From: a virus
Lineage: Duplodnaviria > Caudoviricetes
DNA: 64,000 bases
IMG/VR virus record: IMGVR_UViG_2912874417_000004
Coordinates: 66,194 to 130,193 of that record
Strand: one strand, 5' to 3'
The notes beneath the pieces were generated by a model. It worked only from the letters and a program-made list of their open reading frames with translations. It ran no database searches and had not been told where the DNA came from. Of this stretch, positions 18,615 through 27,820 are shown one piece after another. Within the stretch, counting starts at the first letter, position 1. Each line of letters opens with the position of its first letter. A program made the position numbers and the translations under genes.

Positions 18615-18851
18615 ATGGAATATAGGGTTAAAAGTAAGTTGGATTCATTTCTAAGTAGCAAAGGTATTGAAAAAGGCTGGTTAGCAGAGCAAATAAAAGC
18701 TGAAAGAGCAAGTATATCTAGATGGTGTAAAAATGACAGCGAGGGATTTGCTACCGTCCTCCCTAGTACATATAATCTTTTATTAATGGCACATATTCTA
18801 AATTGTAAAGTTGACGATCTTTTTGAATTAATCGAAATTAAATCCAATTAA
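18615..18851 (+). CDS. XRE-family HTH regulator
   Basis: WLAEQIKAERASISRWC...LLMAHILNCKVDDLF pattern. Confidence 0.8.
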   Translation: MEYRVKSKLDSFLSSKGIEKGWLAEQIKAERASISRWCKNDSEGFATVLPSTYNLLLMAHILNCKVDDLFELIEIKSN

Positions 18852-18866
18852 CTTTGGATTTTTATG

Positions 18867-18954
18867 TTTACAAGAGTAAAAATAAAATATATAATAAAGA
18901 TACAACCACATGAAGTGGTCTTTATTTTAATCATTTTAAGAGTAAAAATAAAAT
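18867..18954 (+). promoter_or_regulatory. sigmaA promoter of the yonP-yonO unit with an operator box in the spacer
   Basis: TTTACA(18867-72)-17 bp-TATAAT(18890-95); GAGTAAAAATAAAAT at 18874 and 18940, again at 19160. Confidence 0.75.
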
Positions 18955-18970
18955 AGTATGGAGGTGTAAG

Positions 18971-19150
18971 ATGAAAAAGCAGTATTTATTTAGTCATTTA
19001 ATGGGGTTTATTGAGGGAAAAGTAGTCGATGGGACAGCAACACCCGAAGAAGAATACCTTTATCAGGATTACAAATGGTACGGAAAGATTAATAAGCAAA
19101 GCTTTACATATCGAAGTTTAGTAAATCAATATCTTAATAGCGAATATTAA
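18971..19150 (+). CDS. YonP-like small protein (59 aa)
   Basis: GGAGGTG RBS; MKKQYLFSHLMGFIEGKVVDG...; immediately upstream of yonO. Confidence 0.65.
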   Translation: MKKQYLFSHLMGFIEGKVVDGTATPEEEYLYQDYKWYGKINKQSFTYRSLVNQYLNSEY

Positions 19151-19190
19151 GCACTTTTAGAGTAAAAATAAAATATAAGGAGGGGATTGA

Positions 19191-21716
19191 TTGAAAAGAA
19201 AAAAAGACGGATTGTCTAAGCAAGTTCATATCTACAGTGTGGATACATCCGCATTTTACAATGACAAAGAAAATTCATTACATAATAAGATTTTGAAGTC
19301 TTATAGATACAGAGATTATCTTAAGACATTAGACAATGTAAATAATAAACATAAGAAATACATATCACAAAGAATTACATACCTTAAAGAATGCCTCTAT
19401 TCCGCATTCGAAGAACATAACGACATAAGAGCACTTCGAACTGACAGCTTAAGGGACAATAAAGTGATTTCTTTATTTGATTCAGTGTTGACCCGTACAT
19501 TAGGGATTAAAGAAAACACCCTTTCAGAGGAAATCATGGTTGTCCAGACTTATCATTTTGAAGTATTGAAGGACATTATTGATCAAGGATTTTTACATAA
19601 CAATGAAAAATACGTTTATTTCACAAGCAGCGCCGGTCAAATTCGTACAAAGAAGTCATGTTTCATTAAAAAAAGCACCTACGATAAGTATCAGGATGCT
19701 TTGACATGCGGCTTAAGTATTGAAAAGATCAACTCCCTTGGTGGTAGTAGCATTAATAAATGGAATAGTTATATGGCCTTATCTAACAGCGCCAGTAGCC
19801 CTTGGGAGATTGATATTGATAAAGCTATTGTAGTCAACGACTTAGAAACTGATGTGTCGAGTCTCGTTGACTACATTGATCGAGACACCTACAAGATCAC
19901 ACGAAAAACAATGAACATTCCCATTGAGCATACAGATGGCTGCGGAATGATACTCCCCACTCTAAGTCGTAAAAGCTTCATGGTAAGGCTCCCGTGGGTA
20001 AAGGGTCTATTAGTCCCTTTTGATTTTCGTAAATTTACTGAGGAAAACAAAGCTTTTAAAGTAACTGATATATACGGCAAGGAATGGGACGTAGTGAGAG
20101 ATGATATTCAAATTATCTTCACCAAAAGCCAGTTTAAAATGTGGAAGTATTATTCATCGTGGGAAGAATATCAAGTCAATTATAAAAAATATGGATGCTT
20201 AGGGGCAAAACTCAACGAAGAAGATCCTTCTGTTGAAGGTAAGCTCACTTATCAAATGCTCCAGACGCTTACAGATATCTCGGATAAAGAATTAATTCAA
20301 ATGAGCTCTAAGACTGTAAAAGAGATAAGCACATTGGGCACTGATAAAGAAACCATGTTAAGAGTTCTTGGAGCTACGGAGAAAAAGAAGCATCGAACAG
20401 CTCTTCAGGATGCTTTACTTCTATATCCAGAACTTCTTAACGATGATCACACGAAAGAAATTATTAAAAATAAAAAGAAAAGCATGATTAAAGATGCCAA
20501 ATCAGGAAAATTGCTTGTTGACGGTGCTCGTTATACATACTTATGCCCTGATCTGTATGCTTTCTGCGAAAAATTATTTCTGAACATCCAGAATCCAAAA
20601 GGACTGCTTTTAGGAAGTGATGTCCATTGTTCTTTATATGATGAAGGGTATATTGATATCCTCCGCTCCCCTCACCTATTCAGAGAGCACGGTGTTAGGT
20701 GGAACAAAAAAGATGAAAAATATGAAAAGTGGTTCATTACCCCAGGTGTTTACACAAGCATTCATGATCCGATATCTAAACTGCTACAGTTTGACAATGA
20801 CGGGGATAAGGCCTTAATTATTTCTGATGAGTTAATCGTTAATATTGCAAAGCGTAATATGGAAAACATCGTTCCGTTGTATTATGAAATGTCTGTAGCC
20901 CAGAAACAAGAGATTAATAGCAAGAACATCTATGAAGCACTGACTCTTGCTTATGGAATCAATATCGGGGAGTACAGCAACAACATCACTAAGATATGGA
21001 ACAGTGACAATATAAATCTTGACGTGATCAAATGGTTATGCATGGAAAATAACTTTACTATTGATTTTGCAAAAACCTTATTCATGCCCACCCGTCCTGA
21101 TCATGTTGATGAAAAAATTAAAGATTACATAAAAAATAAAGTACCCCACTTCTTCATCAATGCAAAGGATAAAGAAGAACATAGCGTTGAGTTAATTAAT
21201 GAAAGCACAGTAAATAAGTTAGACTCCATTATCCCTTCTGACCGAATTAATTTCGCATCAGTAGCAGGAAAATTTGATTATCGTTTCCTGCTCAAGAACA
21301 AGGAGATTAAGTTGGACGAGGCAATTATTAGTGAGTACAAACGATTAGACCAAAACAAGAAATGGCTCATGAATGATGAAGACATTAAGCCTGGACAAAA
21401 ACTTTATGTTTATAAGGTCATTAAAGACAGATTGTTAAAAATCCACAATGACGAGCAATATGTTACTGATGTTTTAGTAAAGTACCTATATAAAAAGAAA
21501 AGCAAATTTAAATCAACATTATGGGAGTGCTTTGGAGAGACTTTATTAGAGAATCTAAGACATAACTTAAAGACTTATAGAGGATGCTGTAGTTGCGGAA
21601 AAATGTTTAAGTCGACTTCGCACAAGGCGAAATATTGTCCAACCTGTGCAAAGAAAATAGCACAAAAGCAAAAAAACAAGTGGAAAAGGGATAAGTGGAG
21701 GAAGGAAGAAAAATAG
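19191..21716 (+). CDS. yonO: single-subunit two-barrel phage RNA polymerase YonO
   Basis: 841 aa; HTDGCG, LRSPH, catalytic FDNDGD (DxDGD); C-terminal Zn finger. Confidence 0.93.
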   Translation: MKRKKDGLSKQVHIYSVDTSAFYNDKENSLHNKILKSYRYRDYLKTLDNVNNKHKKYISQRITYLKECLYSAFEEHNDIRALRTDSLRDNKVISLFDSVLTRTLGIKENTLSEEIMVVQTYHFEVLKDIIDQGFLHNNEKYVYFTSSAGQIRTKKSCFIKKSTYDKYQDALTCGLSIEKINSLGGSSINKWNSYMALSNSASSPWEIDIDKAIVVNDLETDVSSLVDYIDRDTYKITRKTMNIPIEHTDGCGMILPTLSRKSFMVRLPWVKGLLVPFDFRKFTEENKAFKVTDIYGKEWDVVRDDIQIIFTKSQFKMWKYYSSWEEYQVNYKKYGCLGAKLNEEDPSVEGKLTYQMLQTLTDISDKELIQMSSKTVKEISTLGTDKETMLRVLGATEKKKHRTALQDALLLYPELLNDDHTKEIIKNKKKSMIKDAKSGKLLVDGARYTYLCPDLYAFCEKLFLNIQNPKGLLLGSDVHCSLYDEGYIDILRSPHLFREHGVRWNKKDEKYEKWFITPGVYTSIHDPISKLLQFDNDGDKALIISDELIVNIAKRNMENIVPLYYEMSVAQKQEINSKNIYEALTLAYGINIGEYSNNITKIWNSDNINLDVIKWLCMENNFTIDFAKTLFMPTRPDHVDEKIKDYIKNKVPHFFINAKDKEEHSVELINESTVNKLDSIIPSDRINFASVAGKFDYRFLLKNKEIKLDEAIISEYKRLDQNKKWLMNDEDIKPGQKLYVYKVIKDRLLKIHNDEQYVTDVLVKYLYKKKSKFKSTLWECFGETLLENLRHNLKTYRGCCSCGKMFKSTSHKAKYCPTCAKKIAQKQKNKWKRDKWRKEEK

Positions 21717-21969
21717 AAAGTGCCCTGAGCCTTACTCCCCCAAGGGGTACAGCGATTTTACCGGAAAAAGTTTAACAAAAAAAGTGCCTTGAACCCTTGA
21801 TATGACTGGTCTGAAAGCCCCTTTTGAGATAATCGCCATAAGGGAGAAAGAAAGCTAATTTCCACATATAAGGGTGAGTACGTCTCCCATTTTTTCAAAA
21901 GAAGCACAAACGGTACCGTAATTATATTTTAACACAAAAATAAACAATATCACTAGGAGGAATTAAAAC

Positions 21970-22245
21970 ATGAACAAAACAGAATTTGTTGGAGAAGTTG
22001 CAGAGAAATTAGGAGTTACTAAGAAAGAAGCTACGCCTAAAGTAGAAGCAGTATTTAATGTGATCGTTGAAACACTTACAAAAGGTGAATCAATCAAGAT
22101 TCCTGGAGTTGGAACGTTTGAAGTTCGTGAACGTGCAGCTCGTAAAGGGAGAAATCCAAAATCGGGCGAAGAAATTGATATTCCAGCTACAAAGGCACCT
22201 GCCTTCAAGGCTGCTAAAGCTCTAAAAGACGCAGTGAAAGCTTAA
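21970..22245 (+). CDS. yonN: HU-family DNA-binding protein
   Basis: MNKTE...IPGVGTFEVRERAARKGRNPKSGEEIDIPA..PAFKAAKALKDAVK. Confidence 0.95.
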   Translation: MNKTEFVGEVAEKLGVTKKEATPKVEAVFNVIVETLTKGESIKIPGVGTFEVRERAARKGRNPKSGEEIDIPATKAPAFKAAKALKDAVKA

Positions 22246-22249
22246 TAAA

Positions 22250-22835
22250 AGTTAATGAGGACGACAGGAAAGGCTTCCTGCACGCTTTGTCACATAGAGC
22301 TTATGCTCCTAAAAGTGGCAGAGTTAGATGTTATGGAGGAAATTGTCGCCCTCCCCTCTTTTCGCATGTGTTCATCTCCAGGTTAATCAATTAGAGTTCT
22401 TTTATTGGCGACATGGGGGTGTTGTCAATAATAAGCTGTTTACTGATATGTGGGATATCAGTTCTCCGCTAATATTCATTTGTTTGAGGACTTGGAATGC
22501 CAGGGTTTCGGATAAGTGGATATTAGCGGGGTATTGCCCCATCGTGGATTAAGCTTTTTCTAAACATTGCTATTCTCACTTTCATACGAACAAAAGCATT
22601 AAATTCGACTTTACAGCTACAACTGGTCATTGTAGTTAGTCGGATAATGGTCACTTATGAGGGTTCGAGGTTAACTCGGATGTCTGTATCTAAAAAGAGA
22701 CAGGTAAATGGCTATTATCGGGCTAAAAATGTCGGTAAGACTTAACGCATTAATGCAAATTGCGACTTTATCCCATCAGGGTTTTATTATGGCAGATTTT
22801 TCGTGCTTGCTTAAACAAAACGAAAGGGAGAGTTA
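22250..22835 (+). ncRNA. candidate large structured RNA (about 590 nt)
   Basis: Dense nested stems with G-U pairs on the + strand and no credible ORF; see findings. Confidence 0.6.
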
Positions 22836-22839
22836 AAGG

Positions 22840-23130
22840 ATGGCGAAGAATCGTAGAAAGCCGGCTGTGATTAAAGCAGTAAAATTTGAAAACACGGCGC
22901 ACTCAATCGCTGATATTTCGAACTTGGTCGGCCAAAGGACGATTGTCATCAGTTGTCAGATAGGCTGTCCGACAGTAACAATCCCAACATTACATGGCAA
23001 CAGTATCGCACAAGTAGGTGATTATATAATCCGTGAAGAAGACAAGTTATATTTGTGCAAACAGGATACTTTCGAAAAGACTTACAACAGCCAAGAAGAC
23101 TCTGTAAATTTTAATTGGATGGAATGTTAG
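22840..23130 (+). CDS. hypothetical phage protein
   Basis: RRKPAVIKAVKF...TLHGNSIAQVGDYIIRE...LCKQDTFEKTY pattern common in phages; GGGAG RBS. Confidence 0.7.
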   Translation: MAKNRRKPAVIKAVKFENTAHSIADISNLVGQRTIVISCQIGCPTVTIPTLHGNSIAQVGDYIIREEDKLYLCKQDTFEKTYNSQEDSVNFNWMEC

Positions 23131-23183
23131 AAAAATTACACTTAATACCCTTTTTATCCTATAATGGAATAAGGAGGGGTTAG

Positions 23184-23846
23184 ATGGAGATCAAAAAAGA
23201 AGAACTGATTATTTCGGATTTTGAACATCTGTATATAATAGAGTTGTACTCTTTAGCAGATGCTATCAAAAGAGATTGCGAGGAAGTTTTCAATGAAGTT
23301 AAGATACCTTCAGAGAAAGGATATTATGCAATTGAGTCTTCAGCAAAAATCCATTCGAAGATCAATTCAATAGTTATTAATGCAGCTAATATTAAGAAGT
23401 TAATATATCCCCAAGAATTCAGAAAGAAAAAGGAGTCAGCAAAGGTATATAATGCTCGCATAGCCAGAGCGCAGATTTTCAAAACAATTCTAGGTGATTT
23501 AGATCTAGAGGAAATTAAAAAGACGAATGTCAGAAATCGGCTTGAGCACTTTGATGAGTACTTAGATAAAGCAATTTCAACGTTTCAAGATGAAAATTCA
23601 ACAATAAAACATAAACACGCACTTGTATCGTATAATACTATTCTTTCTCATATGAAAGCTATTGATCCTCCGGTATATCCACTAAGACTTTATGTATCAA
23701 CAGAGAAAGTATTTTATCATCTCGAATCTTCAATAAATATCGGAAAACTATATGAAGAGGCTAAGGGATTACTAGGCATTTTATTAGAATTAGAGGATAT
23801 AAGAGAAGAGATGGGTGGAGTACTTTTGAAATTGTATGACTTTTAA
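23184..23846 (+). CDS. HEPN-like helical protein
   Basis: VRNRLEHFDEYL (Rx4H); own TATAAT (23160) and AAGGAGGGG RBS. Confidence 0.6.
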   Translation: MEIKKEELIISDFEHLYIIELYSLADAIKRDCEEVFNEVKIPSEKGYYAIESSAKIHSKINSIVINAANIKKLIYPQEFRKKKESAKVYNARIARAQIFKTILGDLDLEEIKKTNVRNRLEHFDEYLDKAISTFQDENSTIKHKHALVSYNTILSHMKAIDPPVYPLRLYVSTEKVFYHLESSINIGKLYEEAKGLLGILLELEDIREEMGGVLLKLYDF

Positions 23847-23856
23847 TTCTCTTTAC

Positions 23857-24092
23857 ATAACGCAGTCAGAACAAGGCTTCCGCACCCTACGGTGGAGGTC
23901 TTTTTGTGCTTGCGTTTTACTTTACCGATCAGCCGGAATGCGCTTCCGAGCCTTCTGGTACGCAAGTAATCAATAATCTCCTTCGGGCGTTTCCCCAACG
24001 CCTATCCGACTTATCTTTTCATCTCCTTTATATCCCCTTTTCGGTCGTTACCGATGCTTCGGATCATCGGGCTTCCGAAGGAGCTTATTGTA
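23857..24092 (+). ncRNA. candidate structured RNA/leader upstream of yonK
   Basis: GC-rich multi-stem junction with a cUUCGg loop and a C/U-rich loop; see findings. Confidence 0.55.
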
Positions 24093-24123
24093 CGTAAATA
24101 AAACACATATTGGAGGAATTTAA

Positions 24124-24315
24124 ATGGCAAGCAAAAAAGTACATCAAATTAATGTAAAAGGCTATTTTGATATGGACGTAATGGAAGTTACTGAACAAAC
24201 TAAAGAAGCTGAATACACATATGACTTCAAAGAAATTCTTTCAGAGTTTAATGGAAAGAATGTTTCAATTACTGTAAAAGAAGAAAATGAACTTCCTGTT
24301 AAAGACGTTGAGTAA
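24124..24315 (+). CDS. yonK: YonK family protein
   Basis: 63 aa MASKKVHQINVKG...; synteny. Confidence 0.85.
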   Translation: MASKKVHQINVKGYFDMDVMEVTEQTKEAEYTYDFKEILSEFNGKNVSITVKEENELPVKDVE

Positions 24316-24327
24316 GGCGGTGACTGA

Positions 24328-25545
24328 ATGATCGATCCTGTTCAAACTAAGCGTCACTCAGATGAAAACCTTAAAGAATGGAAAATAAGAATCTGCTCTA
24401 ATAAAGACATTTATAATCTAAACTGGGAAGAAATCAAAGAGTTAATCAACAAGGAAACCGGCGAATCTAAAGGTGAATCAGCTTATAGAAAATGGTTCAA
24501 CAACTTCATTGAAGGAGTTGAATACCAAAAAGAAAAGTCAGCTGAATCAAATAATTCTCTCCTTGAATTGGAACTGAAAAAGGTTGAAATCATGGAAGAG
24601 AGAAAAAAGCTTCAAGCTGTAAAGCATGAAATACATAAAAACACACGTGTCAAAGGTCGAACAGAGCTTCTATATGAAAATGTAACTGAAGCAATTGAGA
24701 AAGTAGGCACTCTCCCTCCCCCTTCCTTCTATCCATTAAATAAGAGCGAAAGAAAAAGAGCTGCTGTTCTAGGGTTTGGAGATGAACACTTCGGGAAGCA
24801 ATTTAAAAGCAACAACAATGAATACAACGAACAGATTTATTTGCAGCGTATGAATCAGATTCTTTCTGAAACTGTTGAGTACATTCAAAAAGAAAATTTA
24901 GATGAGCTGGTCGTGTTAAATGGCGCTGACAGTGTTGAAGGTATGGCATTGCGCGTATCGCAATTAACTGCCCTTCAGTACGGGTTTATTGACCAAGTGA
25001 TTAAATACTCTAGGTACAAAGCTGAATGGCTTTTAGAGCTTTCTAAGCACGTCAAAATTAAGTACATGCATATCCCTTCTGCAAATCATACTGAACTTAG
25101 ATTACATAATACAAATCGCTCGGAAATGCCTAAAGAAGATGTAGAGCGTATTATCGCTACTTATATCCATGACGTACTCAAAGACAATGAGCGAATTGAA
25201 GTTCCTTTATACGACGAAGGAATCGTAGATTTTAAATTACTTGAATTTGAAATTGTTGCTTGTCACGGACACCAGATTAAAAACAAAAAGAACGCTATTC
25301 GTGACATCTCACAGATGAAACGAAAATTCTACGATTACATGTACATCTCTCACTTCCACCACGGGAATATGCTTACTGTAGGTGAAGCAGCCACTCATAA
25401 TATCCAGGTAATACAACTTCCTTCTGTTATGGGTTCCGATGAATACAGTGACAGCTTAATGACAGGTGCAAAAGCTGGAGCAAACCTATCAATTTATGAG
25501 TCTGGCAAAGGTCGGACTATTCAGTACGATTACATATTGAATTAA
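24328..25545 (+). CDS. yonJ: YonJ calcineurin-like metallophosphoesterase
   Basis: 405 aa; GDEHFG, GADSVEG, ANH, HGH and SHFHH metal motifs. Confidence 0.85.
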   Translation: MIDPVQTKRHSDENLKEWKIRICSNKDIYNLNWEEIKELINKETGESKGESAYRKWFNNFIEGVEYQKEKSAESNNSLLELELKKVEIMEERKKLQAVKHEIHKNTRVKGRTELLYENVTEAIEKVGTLPPPSFYPLNKSERKRAAVLGFGDEHFGKQFKSNNNEYNEQIYLQRMNQILSETVEYIQKENLDELVVLNGADSVEGMALRVSQLTALQYGFIDQVIKYSRYKAEWLLELSKHVKIKYMHIPSANHTELRLHNTNRSEMPKEDVERIIATYIHDVLKDNERIEVPLYDEGIVDFKLLEFEIVACHGHQIKNKKNAIRDISQMKRKFYDYMYISHFHHGNMLTVGEAATHNIQVIQLPSVMGSDEYSDSLMTGAKAGANLSIYESGKGRTIQYDYILN

Positions 25546-25559
25546 TAGGAGCTGTGAAT

Positions 25560-25712
25560 ATGAGCAATGAAAAAGAGTTAGCTTTTGGCAATTTAGTAAC
25601 CATGATTTGCAAAGAATGTGTAAAACACGGTTTTACATTAGATGAACTTGAAAATGTTCGTCCTCTTGTGAAAAAGTTCTATCACGACAATGCTGTTCCT
25701 TTTAAACATTAG
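25560..25712 (+). CDS. small hypothetical protein (50 aa)
   Basis: AGGAG RBS; MSNEKELAFGNLVTMICKECVKHGF... Confidence 0.5.
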   Translation: MSNEKELAFGNLVTMICKECVKHGFTLDELENVRPLVKKFYHDNAVPFKH

Positions 25713-26169
25713 AATGACAAAACCTTCTCAAAAATTTATGGTTTTTGATGATGCAGGTATTGAGGATACATACATAATTCGCTTTAAAAATAAAAAGTTA
25801 AAGGAATGATCCTATGTCTGCCAATGAATTTATTGAAATATTAGTAGAACAGTGGGACAATCTGTCCCCTGAAAGCAAGAACGCTCTAGTAAATTTGATT
25901 GTTAATTAATATAAAACTTTAATTTTTAAACAGATCAAAGGGAGATTTTTATGAGCATGATCATGTCTGCAGTTGCACGTTCGAAAAAATCAAATACAAA
26001 GAAATTGACTTTGACAAAGTTAAAACAGTCGAGGATGTAAAGCTTTTGCTCAGTAAATTCAACTTTAATGTCCATGAAAAAGATTGGGACAAATTTAGTC
26101 ATTTAACTAAAGATGAAGTTAAAGAGACTGTTTGGACAAATTATTAAAATTTAAACATTACGATGAGGA

Positions 26170-26709
26170 ATGATGAAGATGAATAAAACAGATTTTGAGT
26201 ATTTAAATAACCATCTAAAAACACTAACGAGACTTAGAGAAGCTGGTCACAAGTGTGATCAGGAAATCAGTCAGGTATTACGCTGTTTACATAAAACTAT
26301 GTTTGGAAGAGAGCTATACTTCCCTTCAGACCGAACATGGTCAATAATAGAGAACGTTGACAAAGATTTACAAAGCAGATTTCACAAAAAAGCTCCTAAG
26401 CTTGTTTTAGTAGGCAATATTGACAGAGCCAAAGGAAAAACAACTCTTCTGATGAAATTATCGCAACAAAATAGCATACCAGTAATTGTAGGTACGAGTA
26501 CAGATGATAAGGTCTATAAACACCTTGCAAAAGAAAAGGGAATTAGCTGTGTTATCGTTCCGGCCGATTGTTTATCAGGCAGACGTTTACCGAATGGTGT
26601 ATATATTGATAGCACTGTTACTAAAGAGCAACTCAAAATGATTAAAGAGCTAGGTATTGAAATTAAGGGAGGATTTCATCAAGATGAGGCTCTCTCTTCT
26701 TTAATTTAA
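26170..26709 (+). CDS. YonH-like protein with degenerate P-loop
   Basis: RAKGKTT motif; position before yonG. Confidence 0.65.
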   Translation: MMKMNKTDFEYLNNHLKTLTRLREAGHKCDQEISQVLRCLHKTMFGRELYFPSDRTWSIIENVDKDLQSRFHKKAPKLVLVGNIDRAKGKTTLLMKLSQQNSIPVIVGTSTDDKVYKHLAKEKGISCVIVPADCLSGRRLPNGVYIDSTVTKEQLKMIKELGIEIKGGFHQDEALSSLI

Positions 26710-26812
26710 ACACCTTTTTAGAACGTCCAGTGATAATTGAGGTACACCACTTCCTCTCTATTGCTGGGCGTTTTATAAAACGTGTTTTTAATAATAATGT
26801 GGGGGTGAATGA

Positions 26813-27820
26813 ATGCCGAGAAAAGCCAAAGAAAAGGAAAAATTGATCTGTGCTGCTTGTCAGAAAGAAAAGGACAAAGAGTCAGGGTTCTATAATTCAC
26901 GAAGTAGTCTGTATGAGAAGACCGGAAAAGTCCCTATTTGTAAGACTTGCTTGAAGAAAAACATTGATTACAACAATATTGAATCAATATATACAGTCTT
27001 ACAACAGATTGATGTTAAATTTGATCCGTTGTACTGGGAACAAGCTGAAAAGAGAAAAACAGATACATTTAGCGCTTATATGACAATGGCTAATTCATTG
27101 AAGCAATTTAACGGTACTGGTTACAAAGATAGTGTTTTTGACAAACACCCAGAGAAGCCACTTATAGAGGAATCTACACCTACAAACAATGCTGGTGTTA
27201 GCCAACCTGAAGTCTCAGATGACCTGATTGATAAATGGGGAATTGGTTACACCCCTGATGAGTACAGTCAATTTGAAAGAAAATACAATAAACTTATTCG
27301 AAATTACGGCGAAAAAACCACACTTCATACTGAAGGATTGCTTTCATATATTCGTTTTCGCGTAAAAGAGGAGTTAGCAACTGCCAAAGGTGATGTAAAA
27401 GAAGCTAAAGAATGGGGTTCATTAGCTTCAAAGGCAGCTACAGATGCAAAAATTAATGTATCTCAGTTAAGTAAGAGCGATATCAGTGGTGGAGTCGATG
27501 TACTTTCTCAATTATTTGAAGCCGTTGAAACAGAATTGGGCATTATACCCCTTCTCCCTCGTTTAGCAGCTCAACCATATGATGACGCCGATCTAATCAT
27601 TTGGGCGATTATAAATTATTACAGAAGGCTTGAAGATAAGGAAAAAGTCGATTACAAGGACATTTACCACTTTTATGATGAAATGCTCGAAGAGGACTTC
27701 AAATCAAAAGGATTGTCGCCTGAAGAAATTGATAAACTGAAGAGTGCTCGTAACAATGTGTTCAGAGATTTAGAGAATGTGTACAAAGAACCCCTTTATG
27801 ACACAGGAGATGAAGAGTAA
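26813..27820 (+). CDS. yonG: YonG-like protein, probable terminase small subunit
   Basis: N-terminal CxxC...CxxC; coupled to the terminase large subunit. Confidence 0.7.
   Translation: MPRKAKEKEKLICAACQKEKDKESGFYNSRSSLYEKTGKVPICKTCLKKNIDYNNIESIYTVLQQIDVKFDPLYWEQAEKRKTDTFSAYMTMANSLKQFNGTGYKDSVFDKHPEKPLIEESTPTNNAGVSQPEVSDDLIDKWGIGYTPDEYSQFERKYNKLIRNYGEKTTLHTEGLLSYIRFRVKEELATAKGDVKEAKEWGSLASKAATDAKINVSQLSKSDISGGVDVLSQLFEAVETELGIIPLLPRLAAQPYDDADLIIWAIINYYRRLEDKEKVDYKDIYHFYDEMLEEDFKSKGLSPEEIDKLKSARNNVFRDLENVYKEPLYDTGDEE

Noticed and set aside
22328-22552. 74-aa ORF inside the structured segment (also 23906-24097)
   Set aside because: No good RBS and atypical composition; better explained as structured RNA
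22250-24092. Retron, group I/II intron, tRNA or CRISPR explanation of the structured segments
   Set aside because: No reverse transcriptase, homing nuclease or cas gene in the window; no interrupted host gene; no tRNA T-loop/acceptor pattern or repeat-spacer array recognised
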